Assembly (NCBI GenBank): GCA_963824495.1
Contig: CAWGPQ010000012.1
Coordinates: 1 to 53,862, forward strand
Origin: an uncultured bacterium
GTDB lineage: Bacteria > Babelota > Babeliae > Babelales > Babelaceae
Direction of reading: 5' to 3'
DNA: 53,862 nucleotides
In this document: in pieces, positions 29,301-39,882 of the stretch
Position numbering within the stretch: the stretch's first letter is position 1
Layout: every line of letters starts with the position of its first letter
Program-made: the position numbers and the translations under genes
Notes under the pieces: generated by a model
Database searches by the model: none
Told to the model about the DNA's origin: nothing
What the model saw: the letters and a program-made list of their open reading frames with translations, nothing else

Positions 29301-31031
29301 CTGCTTAATAATCTTATACTGCTTGCCATGGCTCTCTACATGCATAACGCTCTTATGGCAAATGGTTTAGCAAGCACCTTAAGCCCAACGGATTATTATG
29401 CCGTTTTACTTGGCCAAGATACCGGTGTTGCCAGCCAGAGCATTCAAGAATATAGTACGCAAGCACGTGATTATGGACAACGGCTGCGACGGTTAATAAC
29501 TATGGGTATAGACTGGCAGGGCTCAAAGCTCAAGACGTGTTTGCTCTTGTATAATCCACAGCAGAATCTTGAGTATCTGCTCTATCTCAATAAGCCAGTG
29601 ACAATTATTCCCGAGGTGGTCAATGCTACTATATGGGAACCGACAGCGTTGTCATATTACACGCTTGCTGCATCTACCTATACACAGGGTGGCGATGCTC
29701 AAGCAGCGGCACGTATGCAGCAGCAAGAAAATATTGCCTATCTTTCTCACGCTTATACACTTAAGAAAAAAATTGATGCTGTGCTTGGCCGTGAAAAAGA
29801 TCAAAATCTTCTTGGGCTTATCACAAGTGGGCCTGAAGAGTTAGCATTACTTACTCAACTTCGAACAACGCTAATAGGACCATTGCCAACAAGCTTGACC
29901 CCTCATCTTATAAACGCACTAGAAATAGCTCTTGATTATTATGGTGCAGTTATTTCTGATATGACACAGCTTACGGCATCGCCTTCTTCTATGATAAGCT
30001 TTTTTACCGGACAAGCCTATGAGGAACCTGCTGATTTTTTGAGGAGCTATCTTATAGGTGATCCTCAGCAAAGCCAGTATCAGGCCTATGTTACACAAAT
30101 TAATACAAGCTATTTGTTTGCCCAAACAGCGTATACACAAGCAAATAGACTTGATGCTGCAGCTTTGGTGGGTCAAAAAAGAGCTGATCTGTTTGAGCAC
30201 ATTGGAGATCTCTTTATGAGCAAACAAGATTATCTCACTGCAGCACCTTATTACCGTTCAGCACAAAATGCTTATCAGCTGTTAGTACTAGAAAATATCA
30301 TGACCCAAGCAGCACTACAGGCTGCACAAAACAAGTTACAGCTTAAGATTATGGAGGCTGAATTTAAGGCTGCTACTGCATATGTACGTACGTATCATGA
30401 TCAGCGTACAGGCACTATAACCGTTAGGCTGTCGACAGGAGCTTTAGAGCAGCTGAGCTTTGAACAATTGCAACAACGTTATCAGGAAGGACAGGCTGGT
30501 GGACAAATCGACCCAGCAGAATATACTGCCTATACAACTCTCCAGTCAACACTCCTTGACGCTTTAATCTATTACCAATCGGTTACTATGCTTGCACAAG
30601 GACTCTCTACGAATTCTAATCCAACAGCTCAAGAGCGTGCTCAATGGCAGGAAGTGCTTACGACATATCTTAAGCAGCAGACTATTTTGCCTCCAGGAAC
30701 TACGATTACCGATGTACTAGCTCGTACATCAGGTTTCACGTCTATTACATCAGAGCAATTAGCATCGTTTCTTAACGATGGCTATACATTCTTGACCACA
30801 CCCTTGAGACAAACACAGGTAACAGCTGCTGATTATGCTCGTGCACTTGGTGCCTTTATACTTTGGACTAACAGCATTATTGAAGCTCTTTCGACATGGT
30901 ATATAACTGACTATCTTGGGGGTGTAGCCCAAGATCAACAGATTGCTGATCTATTAAGCGCTCTAACAGTAGAGCAAAATCAGCTTTTTGCGCCGGCCGA
31001 CCAATATTTGGGAGCTTTTGGCACTAGCTAG
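26349..31031 (+). CDS. Large (1560 aa) secreted alpha-solenoid/TPR-like protein
   Basis: Long uninterrupted ORF; signal-like N-terminus; A/Q/Y-rich helical repeats (AAAQAYAQAQTLY, AAPYYRSAQNAY). Confidence 0.8.
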   Translation: MTNKHVKIFVKYCTSSIGCLLFMSIAQGQRQHMSIWEQLYKTTPSSAKTPTKTPYEQLVHEQEVQQQILKKYSELTHGDAYNAGKLKVLQAVRAFGMGKYQEAFADYAAALPLLHQAYSSVGYALDPDDISNYTSSAFRGAVQAGFQDLSTINGQITQQRANKKNYDALIGQFGVRLKKYATQIATLSTYFNIPATQALLYQAHARRYYAQQFNPLIFQVYSQALNDLVAQLPVPTQGGQNLDDAYYAHRIAVAKDYFDRAQAVWSSELTVYGYPNQQAARRALYQNLGTLYFYAAQNALMTMGLDSEKDIKDTITRASADFGQAATLYFASADPQLTALAQSYNNFATNLQAGAQAWDAAQHAQAIHQQITLYQQAYTALFAGNAQWLAQRADRLHKIAQGSQASLQGSLTLSSFIKKYQASLKSYYTALTSTQQQEGISEFALNFFSDLAAACSDAYTAYQQALGFYNQALESSATVGILLEHAHVVRLTQLVAHITSAQIVLDNLGQGGTILAQALAGLIAQPANSALIRSTQATVSQIIRNNFQRADAHYNDNPVLSFYRTLRSATKPTMTITVLVQQLVAAVYQELAAQIAAQPRTPVTQALLYSYYVYAYAYNQTPELLDKLKESNALGRAQEALAVAQKQTDWASTASSELAYTSPADQAWQEALIRCFVAYSIWASTRGTYFSGARELYLQCIQKYAHAVEQYAPVDADPILTAAFLRYRAYVVYAAEKNQAQQAHMISLIQPAVHALFNQAQDLKKQATQVSQISQAGYTAQIQAQKKLISWGTVRYQRALTLQNKALSDQQTVTPQLATQEVLILQEPQIATDGSITFTTGPASSSTLSLVLSNPTITLANVYKAQGDFERLQNNHEAAAQAYAQAQTLYGSQPDPFTPSISQLWRTESILAYADALYKSVVGFAPNTTEFTGFTVYARYFLSPYLQVIPQQNFSMPEALRTLWAQISPAPSQEQCIKIAQNSNLLNNLILLAMALYMHNALMANGLASTLSPTDYYAVLLGQDTGVASQSIQEYSTQARDYGQRLRRLITMGIDWQGSKLKTCLLLYNPQQNLEYLLYLNKPVTIIPEVVNATIWEPTALSYYTLAASTYTQGGDAQAAARMQQQENIAYLSHAYTLKKKIDAVLGREKDQNLLGLITSGPEELALLTQLRTTLIGPLPTSLTPHLINALEIALDYYGAVISDMTQLTASPSSMISFFTGQAYEEPADFLRSYLIGDPQQSQYQAYVTQINTSYLFAQTAYTQANRLDAAALVGQKRADLFEHIGDLFMSKQDYLTAAPYYRSAQNAYQLLVLENIMTQAALQAAQNKLQLKIMEAEFKAATAYVRTYHDQRTGTITVRLSTGALEQLSFEQLQQRYQEGQAGGQIDPAEYTAYTTLQSTLLDALIYYQSVTMLAQGLSTNSNPTAQERAQWQEVLTTYLKQQTILPPGTTITDVLARTSGFTSITSEQLASFLNDGYTFLTTPLRQTQVTAADYARALGAFILWTNSIIEALSTWYITDYLGGVAQDQQIADLLSALTVEQNQLFAPADQYLGAFGTS

Positions 31032-31647
31032 AAAGTGCTTTATTAAAAAAAGCAGCAGCCTCAACGGGATTGTCAGCATGGGTTATTGCGGTACCGATAA
31101 CAATGCCACTGGGCTTGACGGCAGCAAGCTCATAGATATTTTCACGTGTAACAGGAGCTGAAACAAAAACGGGTAATGGCGTATTACCTTTGACCATGTC
31201 CCAACGATCAAGAAATGTTAACTGTTCATCTTCATTTGCCGGACGATGAAATAAAAGTGCATCAACCCCTAAGCTTTTTGCTTCGAGAGCTGACTGACCA
31301 AGAGAGCTTGCGTCAATCAAGTCGAGCATGACGCGCTTTCCCATTTCATGTGCTGTTGCAGATACTGAGTGAATCACGGTACGACCGGTACCTGCCATAA
31401 CAGTAACCCAATCGGCACCTGCTTGAACAAAAATAGTTGTTGCTTCTTTGCCTCGATCGGCTATTTTTGCATCAGCAAGAATTGTTTTTTGAGGTAACGC
31501 TTCTTTAAACCGTCGTATCGCCTGGTCACCGTATTTATAAATCAGCAATGATCCTACTTCAATAATATCAGCATACTCGTGCACTTCTACGGCGATGCCG
31601 AGCGCTTTTTCTAGGTCAGTGAGATCAAAAGCGATCTGTAATTTCAT
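31024..31647 (-). CDS. hxlA: 3-hexulose-6-phosphate synthase (HPS/KGPDC family)
   Basis: MKLQIAFD, IIEVG, LADAKIADRG, AGADWVTVM, IGTAIT. Confidence 0.8.
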   Translation of the reverse strand: MKLQIAFDLTDLEKALGIAVEVHEYADIIEVGSLLIYKYGDQAIRRFKEALPQKTILADAKIADRGKEATTIFVQAGADWVTVMAGTGRTVIHSVSATAHEMGKRVMLDLIDASSLGQSALEAKSLGVDALLFHRPANEDEQLTFLDRWDMVKGNTPLPVFVSAPVTRENIYELAAVKPSGIVIGTAITHADNPVEAAAFFNKALSS

Positions 31648-31719
31648 AGTGCAGTATCCTTATTAAAAAAAGACAACCTTGCTTCTAATGAGTATAGCAT
31701 CATTTTTTCAGCTGATAAA

Positions 31720-32544
31720 TTAGGGCATAGCTAGTACTGCATAACGGTTAGTTCCATAGGCATAGATTGTTTTCACAGGGGCAAAATACCGGTTTACTTG
31801 CAAAAATGACAATGCATCAAGCGTTGTTGAGATAGAATTGGCTGCATAGATATCGGGCAATATCATATTAGGGCTCGGGTATGTAGGCGTTAGCCCTTCG
31901 TGAATAATAATTTCTTGTGGCTGTGCGTTAATAACGATAGCATGAGCAGGAATTCGACGATTCTTAGGTATAGAAACAGATCGTATGAGCCAGGAGAGTT
32001 TATTATCCAAAGGATTAATTCCCCGCGTAAAAGTATACCATGCCGCCGGTGTATCAGGGTCTATAGTAAAATATTGTACGCTTGTTCCCTGAAAAATAAT
32101 GGGTTGCATGTGTGGAGTAACAACCAAAGTAATTAACTCGCTTGTGTGCTTACGGGGAAAGGTAATTTGACCGTTGCCGTCAGAATAGGCACTAAAGCCG
32201 CTATAGGTAGCGTATATTCCCTGATAACGCCTATGGCTTGTTTTGTTCCTCAGCAGTGCTCGATTAACCGCCCCTGGAGTTATATCTATGCTTTGAATAT
32301 CTTCTTTCTGCTCGCTGGACTCGCCGGTAGTGATTTCTTGAGGGTACGGCTTAATAAAAAACGTAATAATAGAGGAGCTTTGAGCCCGTTTTCCATCCTG
32401 TTGTGCTTTTTGTTGTGCTTGTTGCATCTGAGCACCGTTTACGTTGCCTACATACAAAGAAGTAGTGGCCAAAGTTATACTAACTACTTGTATGATACGC
32501 GTTCGTCCCACCTTATTATTCTCCTCTTTCTTTAAGAATATCAT
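31720..32544 (-). CDS. Hypothetical exported protein
   Basis: 274-aa ORF with an N-terminal hydrophobic segment. Confidence 0.7.
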   Translation of the reverse strand: MIFLKKEENNKVGRTRIIQVVSITLATTSLYVGNVNGAQMQQAQQKAQQDGKRAQSSSIITFFIKPYPQEITTGESSEQKEDIQSIDITPGAVNRALLRNKTSHRRYQGIYATYSGFSAYSDGNGQITFPRKHTSELITLVVTPHMQPIIFQGTSVQYFTIDPDTPAAWYTFTRGINPLDNKLSWLIRSVSIPKNRRIPAHAIVINAQPQEIIIHEGLTPTYPSPNMILPDIYAANSISTTLDALSFLQVNRYFAPVKTIYAYGTNRYAVLAMP

Positions 32545-32777
32545 ATTTTAGGGAACATGCGCTATGGTTAACTTTTTATTGAGCTCAGCAGGATACCCAT
32601 TAGCTTATCTAAGCCTGGTGATACGTGCTTATGCTTACACTTTTCTGAAGCATGGTGGCAAGTAAAAAATTGAAGGTTTTTGCAAACCGTCAATTATATA
32701 GTATACTAAGTGCTACCCTAATTAAGTGGTATGGGCCAAAATATACCACATTGCCATTAAAGGGAAAGCTTACCCAC

Positions 32778-35700
32778 ATGGGACTAAACGTTATTATATG
32801 TACGTTGCTACCCGTAATTCTTATAGTTGTGCTAGAGTTTGGTTATGTGCAAGCTCAAGAGGCGTTAGCGGCTCATTTCCTTTTTGCTCCTGATTACGGC
32901 ATGAGCAAAGAGCAGCTTCAAATTTACGAATCCCTTATGCCTGCGGCATATGCTCAAGTAACTTTTACCAGTGCTCAGAATCTATCTCTTGATTGCTTCA
33001 GTTTAGAAACACGTTATAAAGAGCTATTACAATTACTTAATATTAGCCAATTAAAAGCCAAGAGGGATGGTACTGTTATTCTTGGAATTGGTCATGGTGC
33101 AACGGCGGCACTAACAGCTACAGCAACCGGTAGGCTTGCCTTTTTAAAAGCACTGGTAGTTGAATCACCTGTTGATCCATTGGCCCGAGCCCTTATCGAT
33201 TACGGTCAAGAGCTTTTTACTACATCTCCAGAAGACCCACAAGCATTACAGCCATTACTTACTCAAGCACTGTCTGATCCTGCAGCTTGGTATGCCAGTA
33301 CTCCTCGTGCTACAACTCAGTCAATAAACGAAGTCTATCCCATCAGTAGCATACAGCATATAGATCGTAGTCTGCCCCTTTTATTCATGATTCAGCGTAA
33401 CGATACATTCTATCAAAAGAATACAACACGCCTGCTCTATATCAAGCTTAAACAAGCTAAATACCCTCATGTTTATTTGCTTGATTTAGAAGATGTGCTG
33501 GATACTGATACGCTCAGTGCAGGTACTAGAACAAGCCCTTACGTTGCAGCTGTACATGCTTTTTATAAAAAATACGATATACCTCATGATATTTTATTAG
33601 CAACCGAGGGACAGCAGTATCTTGCACAAGCTCGGCCTTCTATCGAAAGCATTGAACAAACCATCTTAGGTAGCTATATAGATAATGCTTTTGTGCAAAA
33701 GGTACTTCTTACCCTTGCAGGTGCCAAAGTCGCAGTAGAGCTTGGTAGTGCTGTTGCACCTACCGTCACAAAAGCAATTGAGGGACTTGCCCGTATCTCT
33801 CCAGCGCCAGATGAACCAGCAGCAAAAACAAGCTGGTCTGATACGTTAAAGTCTGTCTATGATAAATTGAGCTCCAAATTTAAGGGGCTTCTCTTTTTTG
33901 GAAAAGATAGTGGACCTAGTGAACTGGAAGCAGGTGGATTTCTTATGCCAACGGTTCCTAAAAGGGAAGTTTTTAAGTTGCACATACTACCCCTCGACAT
34001 GCAAGAACCAAGTTCATTGGGCACTCTTACTGAAATCATTAAGCCAATAACTGCTGAGCGACGGCTCAAGACCCTTAATGACGAGGTCAGAAATTTTTCG
34101 GAAGTGTTTCACGAACCAATAAGTATACTGGGTATAGCTAGCGCGCAAATCTTGTTAAAAAAATCCTATTTCGCTACAATTAATAGAAGAATAGAAGACT
34201 TGCCTTTTTCAGTTCGTCAACTTATTAAAGGGGAATCATTAGGAATTACCACTGAGGCTGAAGAACAGACTCGAACTCAATTGAGCCCACAAGCTTGTTC
34301 CTATATAGAGCACATCACAAATCACTTGCCGTTGATTGAAAAAAGTCTGAATAACATGGAGAATGAGGAATTGCTTGCGCAGTTGGGCGATACTGTTATA
34401 AGTCTTGAGGCTGAGATTAACCAAGGCGCTCAAACAGCTGACGAGGCTTGGCTAAAGAAAATGCAGGAAGAATTAGTAGCTATTGAGGGTCAAATACAGG
34501 CTTTGCCCCCTCTACTTAAAAATTTTATTGAAGCTGAAGTGTTGAAGGTGAAATCAGCAAAGATACGTGCAGCTTCTGGACTAGCTCGCTTGATCCAAGA
34601 GGTAGGGTCAAAGTTAGCTAGCATGAGCAATCGTCTAACTGAGATACGGCAAGACTTTGAAAGTAAAGTTAACCAAGCGTTAATAGAAGCGGCTAGAAAA
34701 GGGGGATATTAGAACAGTTGATTCCACCCTTATAGCTGGAGCTGATGTTAACTATACCGATGAGCATGGCAATACTGCTCTTACAGCGGCAATCACTAAT
34801 AGACATCCTAATATAGTTAGCTTGCTTATACAAGCTGGTGCTGACGTTAATCACGCCAGTCATGATGGCAATACTGCTCTTATGAACGCTATTAATAATT
34901 CTAGGAATTTTGATGCTATTTATGAGTTTGAATACTGTGATATGGTTAAACTCCTTATAGAGCACGGTGCTGATGTTAATCGTATCAATAATAAGGGCAA
35001 TACCGCTCTTATGTTTGCAGCCAGAAAAAACAATATAGGTACAGTTATATTGCTTTTAGAGCGTGGCGCTAATGTTAATTATGCTGATAGGTATGGGCAA
35101 ACTGCTCTTATGGCTGCATCTCATTATGGATATACAGGTATAGTTACAAGACTCATAGAAAGTGGAGCTGATGTTAACCACGTTAATATTATTGGTGATG
35201 CTGCTATTATACGCGCAGCTAAAAATGGATGTACAGATATAATTAGAATACTTGTAGAACATGGTGCCATTCCGCCAAGCGAAGAACATTTACAAGAAAG
35301 ACAAAGATATCTTAACTTGCATCCAGATCAAGGTTCACAAGCAGAATTACAACGGATAAGAAAAACTTTAGAGGCAGTATTTGAGGACAATGCCCTCGCC
35401 TATGCTGCTGCTCGAGGAGATAGACAGCACGTGTCAGAATTACTCCGCACCATACCTGGTTTAGATATTAATCACCAAGATGCTGGTGGCATGACAGCTT
35501 TGAATTGGGCTGCTGTTCAAGGCCACCCTGACATTGTCGGTGATCTGCTCAGGCATGGAGCTGATTTTAGGTTGAGGGATGCGTGGGGATTGCTACCTTA
35601 CCGTCTTGCTGAAAGAAATAGAAGTGAGATGACTGCTGCAGGTGGCGTTGCTCGAGCAGAACACTATCAGCAGGTTATGGATACTATGAGGAGTTACATC

Positions 35701-35847
35701 GCACGTGGTACTGCAGAAATGACACTAGAGCGTGCCTTTAAGCAACTTACTAAGAAAGGTCAAGATACGGGTACAGCTCCAGAAGAAATGATACAAATGA
35801 TTATGCGACAGAATATTCCTCAGCCTATGCCTCATGGTGGCAGATAG
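32778..35847 (+). pseudogene. Pseudo-hydrolase-coiled-coil-ankyrin fusion, split by a one-base insertion (ORFs 32778..34712 and 34822..35847)
   Basis: Collinear with paralog 35851..38481; A4G5 at 34697-34705 versus A2G6 at 37500-37507 causes a TAG at 34710-34712. Confidence 0.82.
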
Positions 35848-35850
35848 CTT

Positions 35851-38481
35851 ATGGAGTTAAAAAATATTTTACGCAAATTACTACTCGTAGCCCTTATAGT
35901 TGCGCCATGGTCAGAGTATACTCAAGCCCAGCAAGCAGCAGAAGTCCATTTCCTTTTTGCTCCCGATTATGGTATGGGCGCGGAGCAGCTTCAAGCATAC
36001 GAACCCCTTATGCCTGCACTATATGCCGAGGTGAACTTTATTCCTGGTCAGAGTGTATCTCTTGATCGTTTCAGCTTAGAAACACGATATAAAGAGCTCT
36101 TACAATTACTTGACGTTAACCAGTTAAAAGCTGAGAGAGGTGGTATAGTTATTCTTGGAGCTGGTGGTGGTTCGACAGCAGCACTGACTGCTACCGCAAC
36201 AAATAGACTTGCTTTTTTGAAAGCATTGGTTGTTGAATCACCTATTGATCCATTAGCTCAAGCGCTTATCGATTACGGTCAAGAGCTTTTTGATAAGTCC
36301 CAAGGGAAGCTAGAAGAATTAGAGCCATTATTTGGTCAAGCACTGTCTGATCCTGCAGCTTGGTATGCCAGTACCCCTCGTGCTAATACTGAGCCACTAC
36401 GTGATGTTTACCCTATAAGCAGTATACAGTGTATAGGTCGTAGTTTGCCTCTTTTATTCATGATTCAGCGTAACGATATATTCTATCAAAAGAATACAAC
36501 ACGACTGCTCTATATCAAGCTTAAACAAGCTGGATACAGTAATGTTTATTTGCTTGATTTAGACAATATGCTGGATGCTAATGCTGCACCAAACACTTAC
36601 GTTGCAGCTGTACATGCTTTCTATAAAAAATACAATATGCCCTGTGATAACGTATTAGCAATCGAGGGGCAGCAGTATCTTGCACAAGCTCAGCCTTTTA
36701 TCAAAACCGTTGGGCAAACCATCTTAAGAAGTTATGAAGATACTACTTTTGCACAAAAAGTACTTCTTGCTCTTGGCGGCGTATTTGCGGCAACAAAACT
36801 TGGTAATGCCGTTGTATCTACCCTAACGAAAGCAATTAAGGGGTCTACCAGTGCTCCTCCAAGTCAACCAGTAGAAGAAGTTTCACTACAAGTACCTCAA
36901 GTACCAAAAACACCACATCTACCACCACAATCGCCTCAACCATTGAGCAAGCTGGCAGAAGAAGCATACAATAAAATTATAAATATCGGTCCATTTATTG
37001 GAGTCGGTAGGCTTAGTGAAGCAGGTGTATTTGTTGTGCCAATGGTTCCTCAACTTGAAATTCCCATGCTAAGTATACTCCAGCCCGGTGAAGAACAACC
37101 AATGCCCATGACTGCTTCTGAGCTACATCCAATGGGCCACACTGAAACTCATACTGAAAACACGCATGAGCAAATCCTCAATAATTTGGGTAATAATATT
37201 ACGACCCTTGAGACTGAGATTAGCCGAAGGGCTGAATCGGCTCATGCAGTTTGGCTAAAGAAAATGCAGGAAGAACTAGCAGCTATTGAGGGTCAAATAC
37301 AAGCTTTGCCTCCTGTGCTTAAAAAATTTATTGAAGCTGAAGTGTTGAATGTAGAATCAGCTAAAATACCTGCAGCTTCTGGACTGGCTAGCTTGATACG
37401 ACAGATAGGATCAAAGTTGGCTAACATGAGCGATCGTCTAACTAAGATACGGCAAGAACTTGAAAGTATAGCTAACAAAGCTTTAATGGAAGCAGCTAGA
37501 AGGGGGGATATTAGAAAAGTTGATGCCGCCCTTCTAGCTGGAGCTGATGTTAACTATGCCGATGAGCATGGCAATACTGCTCTTACATACGCATCTGATG
37601 GAGGACATGAAGAAATAGTTAGATTGCTTTTAGAGCGTCGAACTGATGTTGATCAGGCTGCTCGTGTTCGCACAGCTGCTCTCATGGAGGCAGCTGAATA
37701 TGGCGATACCGATACCGTTAAGTTGCTTATAGAGCTGGGTGCTGATGTTAATCGTGCTGATAGATGGGGTAGCACTGCGCTTACGTTAGCAACTGAAAGA
37801 GGATATGCCGAAACCGTTAAGGTGCTTGTAGAGCTTGGTGCTGGTGTTAATTATGCCGATAATGAGGGCGATACTGCTCTTGCCGCGGCAGCTATTATGG
37901 GATATACAAAGATAGTTAGGTTACTTATAGAACATGGCGCTCATGTTAATCATGCCGATAAGGATAGCAATACTGCTCTTATGTGGACGACTTACGATGG
38001 AAGAGCGGACATAGCTCGATTACTTGTAGAACACGGAGCCATTATGCCAGGCACAGAGGATTTTCAGAGACTTGCTAAATTGGATCCAATATGGCAACCA
38101 GACGCAAAACAACAGAGCGCAACTTTAGAAAGAGTATTTAAGAGCAATTCTCTTGCCCACGCAATTGCTCAAAGAGATATAAATCGTGTATTAGAATTTC
38201 TGTCTGCCATGGCTCAACCAGACATGATCAATAGCCAAGATGCTCAAGGCTTTGCCGCTCTACATTGGGCTGCTGCTCAAGGACAGGCTGACATTGTTGC
38301 TGCTCTCCTGGACAGCGGAGCTAATTTTAGATTGACGAACGTAAAAGGATTAACGCCCTATCAGCTTGCTGAAAGAAACAGAAATGAACGAACTGCTGGA
38401 CGTGATACTGCTCGAGTAAAACAATATCAGCAGGTAATGGATACTATTATGAGTTACGATGGGCCTAATACAGAAAAATAA
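35851..38481 (+). CDS. Secreted alpha/beta-hydrolase-like plus ankyrin-repeat protein; C-terminal tail (to 38606) out of frame
   Basis: Signal peptide; ILGAGGG, LKALVVESP, VHAFYKKY; many ankyrin repeats; tail TGTASEEMIQMIMQQNI lies in another frame after A5 at 38474-38478. Confidence 0.85.
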   Translation: MELKNILRKLLLVALIVAPWSEYTQAQQAAEVHFLFAPDYGMGAEQLQAYEPLMPALYAEVNFIPGQSVSLDRFSLETRYKELLQLLDVNQLKAERGGIVILGAGGGSTAALTATATNRLAFLKALVVESPIDPLAQALIDYGQELFDKSQGKLEELEPLFGQALSDPAAWYASTPRANTEPLRDVYPISSIQCIGRSLPLLFMIQRNDIFYQKNTTRLLYIKLKQAGYSNVYLLDLDNMLDANAAPNTYVAAVHAFYKKYNMPCDNVLAIEGQQYLAQAQPFIKTVGQTILRSYEDTTFAQKVLLALGGVFAATKLGNAVVSTLTKAIKGSTSAPPSQPVEEVSLQVPQVPKTPHLPPQSPQPLSKLAEEAYNKIINIGPFIGVGRLSEAGVFVVPMVPQLEIPMLSILQPGEEQPMPMTASELHPMGHTETHTENTHEQILNNLGNNITTLETEISRRAESAHAVWLKKMQEELAAIEGQIQALPPVLKKFIEAEVLNVESAKIPAASGLASLIRQIGSKLANMSDRLTKIRQELESIANKALMEAARRGDIRKVDAALLAGADVNYADEHGNTALTYASDGGHEEIVRLLLERRTDVDQAARVRTAALMEAAEYGDTDTVKLLIELGADVNRADRWGSTALTLATERGYAETVKVLVELGAGVNYADNEGDTALAAAAIMGYTKIVRLLIEHGAHVNHADKDSNTALMWTTYDGRADIARLLVEHGAIMPGTEDFQRLAKLDPIWQPDAKQQSATLERVFKSNSLAHAIAQRDINRVLEFLSAMAQPDMINSQDAQGFAALHWAAAQGQADIVAALLDSGANFRLTNVKGLTPYQLAERNRNERTAGRDTARVKQYQQVMDTIMSYDGPNTEK

Positions 38482-38735
38482 TATTACAGTATGCTCTTGA
38501 AAAATTAACTAAAACAGGTACGGCTTCAGAAGAAATGATACAGATGATCATGCAACAGAATATTGCCCAGGCTGGCTTGCCGCGTGATGGTAGATGGCCC
38601 TTGTAGACTTGTGCTTATATTTTTATTGCGCATTGCTAAGCCTATGGCATACTAAGTACTACTGATATTATTATGATTTATACCGTCAAATATAAGTAAA
38701 AATTGCTTCAAGAAGCAAACTTAAGAAACTCCCTT

Positions 38736-39365
38736 ATGGACATTCACAAACTTTGGTCAGACTTTGCACAGCGACATGATCTCTCTGAACTGCAGCTTGA
38801 GCAATTTAAGATCTTTTATACGATGCTCGCAGAGCATAATCTACTTTTTAATTTAACGGCTATTACTGAAGTTCCAGCATTTATACCCTATCATCTTGAT
38901 GATTCACTTATGCTCAGTAGCTTTCTTGATATATCACAAGTTGAGATGCTTGCGGATGTTGGCACCGGTGGTGGATTTCCAGGTATACCTTTTAAAATTA
39001 AGTATCCTGATTTGCCCATGGTACTTATAGAAGTAAGTCGTAAAAAAATAGGATTTTTACTCTCAGTGCTTGAAGCTCTTGAGCTTTCTGGTGTTGAAAT
39101 ATACTCTTGTGATTGGCGTACGTTTTTGCGTAAAACTGACTACCCTATCGATATAGTGTGCGCTCGGGCGTCACTTCAACCAACAGAGCTTATGCGCATG
39201 TTCCAACCAGGATCAACGTATAAAAATGCCCAGCTGGTCTATTGGGCGGCAGAAACATGGCAACCTAATCTTAAAGAGCAACGCTTTATCGAACGTCAAG
39301 AGTTCTATAAAATTAAGCATAAAAAAAGAAAATTGGTATTCTTTAAGCTCAGTGCTGAACTATGA
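38736..39365 (+). CDS. rsmG: 16S rRNA m7G527 methyltransferase
   Basis: FNLTAI, HLDDSL, DVGTGGGFPGIP, KKIGFL, ARA. Confidence 0.92.
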   Translation: MDIHKLWSDFAQRHDLSELQLEQFKIFYTMLAEHNLLFNLTAITEVPAFIPYHLDDSLMLSSFLDISQVEMLADVGTGGGFPGIPFKIKYPDLPMVLIEVSRKKIGFLLSVLEALELSGVEIYSCDWRTFLRKTDYPIDIVCARASLQPTELMRMFQPGSTYKNAQLVYWAAETWQPNLKEQRFIERQEFYKIKHKKRKLVFFKLSAEL

Positions 39366-39639
39366 GATTGGGGTTATGATTTGGGTCTATCAAGCGTTGG
39401 ATTTTTTGCAAGAGTCTCTGAGCCTCCCGCCGCACTTTAGTATTAAGCACATTGTAGTTGTAGATGTTTTGGCAATCTTGCAGTGATGCTTTTAGTTCTT
39501 CTTGAGTCATATTTTGACTCTTTATAAGCAGTGTTTTAAGAGCTTTAAGATTATTCAGCTCAGCAGGAGTACTGCTCAATGAACTGCTTTCTATGAGTGT
39601 TATCAGTGTAACGATAATAAACAGTATTTTTTTGTTCAT
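39349..39639 (-). CDS. Small secreted hypothetical protein
   Basis: MNKKILFIIVTLITL signal peptide; RBS AAGGG. Confidence 0.6.
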   Translation of the reverse strand: MNKKILFIIVTLITLIESSSLSSTPAELNNLKALKTLLIKSQNMTQEELKASLQDCQNIYNYNVLNTKVRREAQRLLQKIQRLIDPNHNPNLIVQH

Positions 39640-39882
39640 ACTAACCCTTTACGTATACGTATAGTAAGTATTATTAACGTAGCGTTAAGGTCAAAACTAT
39701 CAACTTACTAGTATGAGGTCAACTAAAAAATTAATAAATTGAAAAAAATATTTGAGAACAGGCTATTTTTTGTTTTGCACAACCGAAAGCATGACAGTAT
39801 AGTATCAATTGTCATACTATACTGATAAGCTCACATATCGTAATCTGTAGAGTGTGCTTATAAGGATACGTAAGGGTATGCA

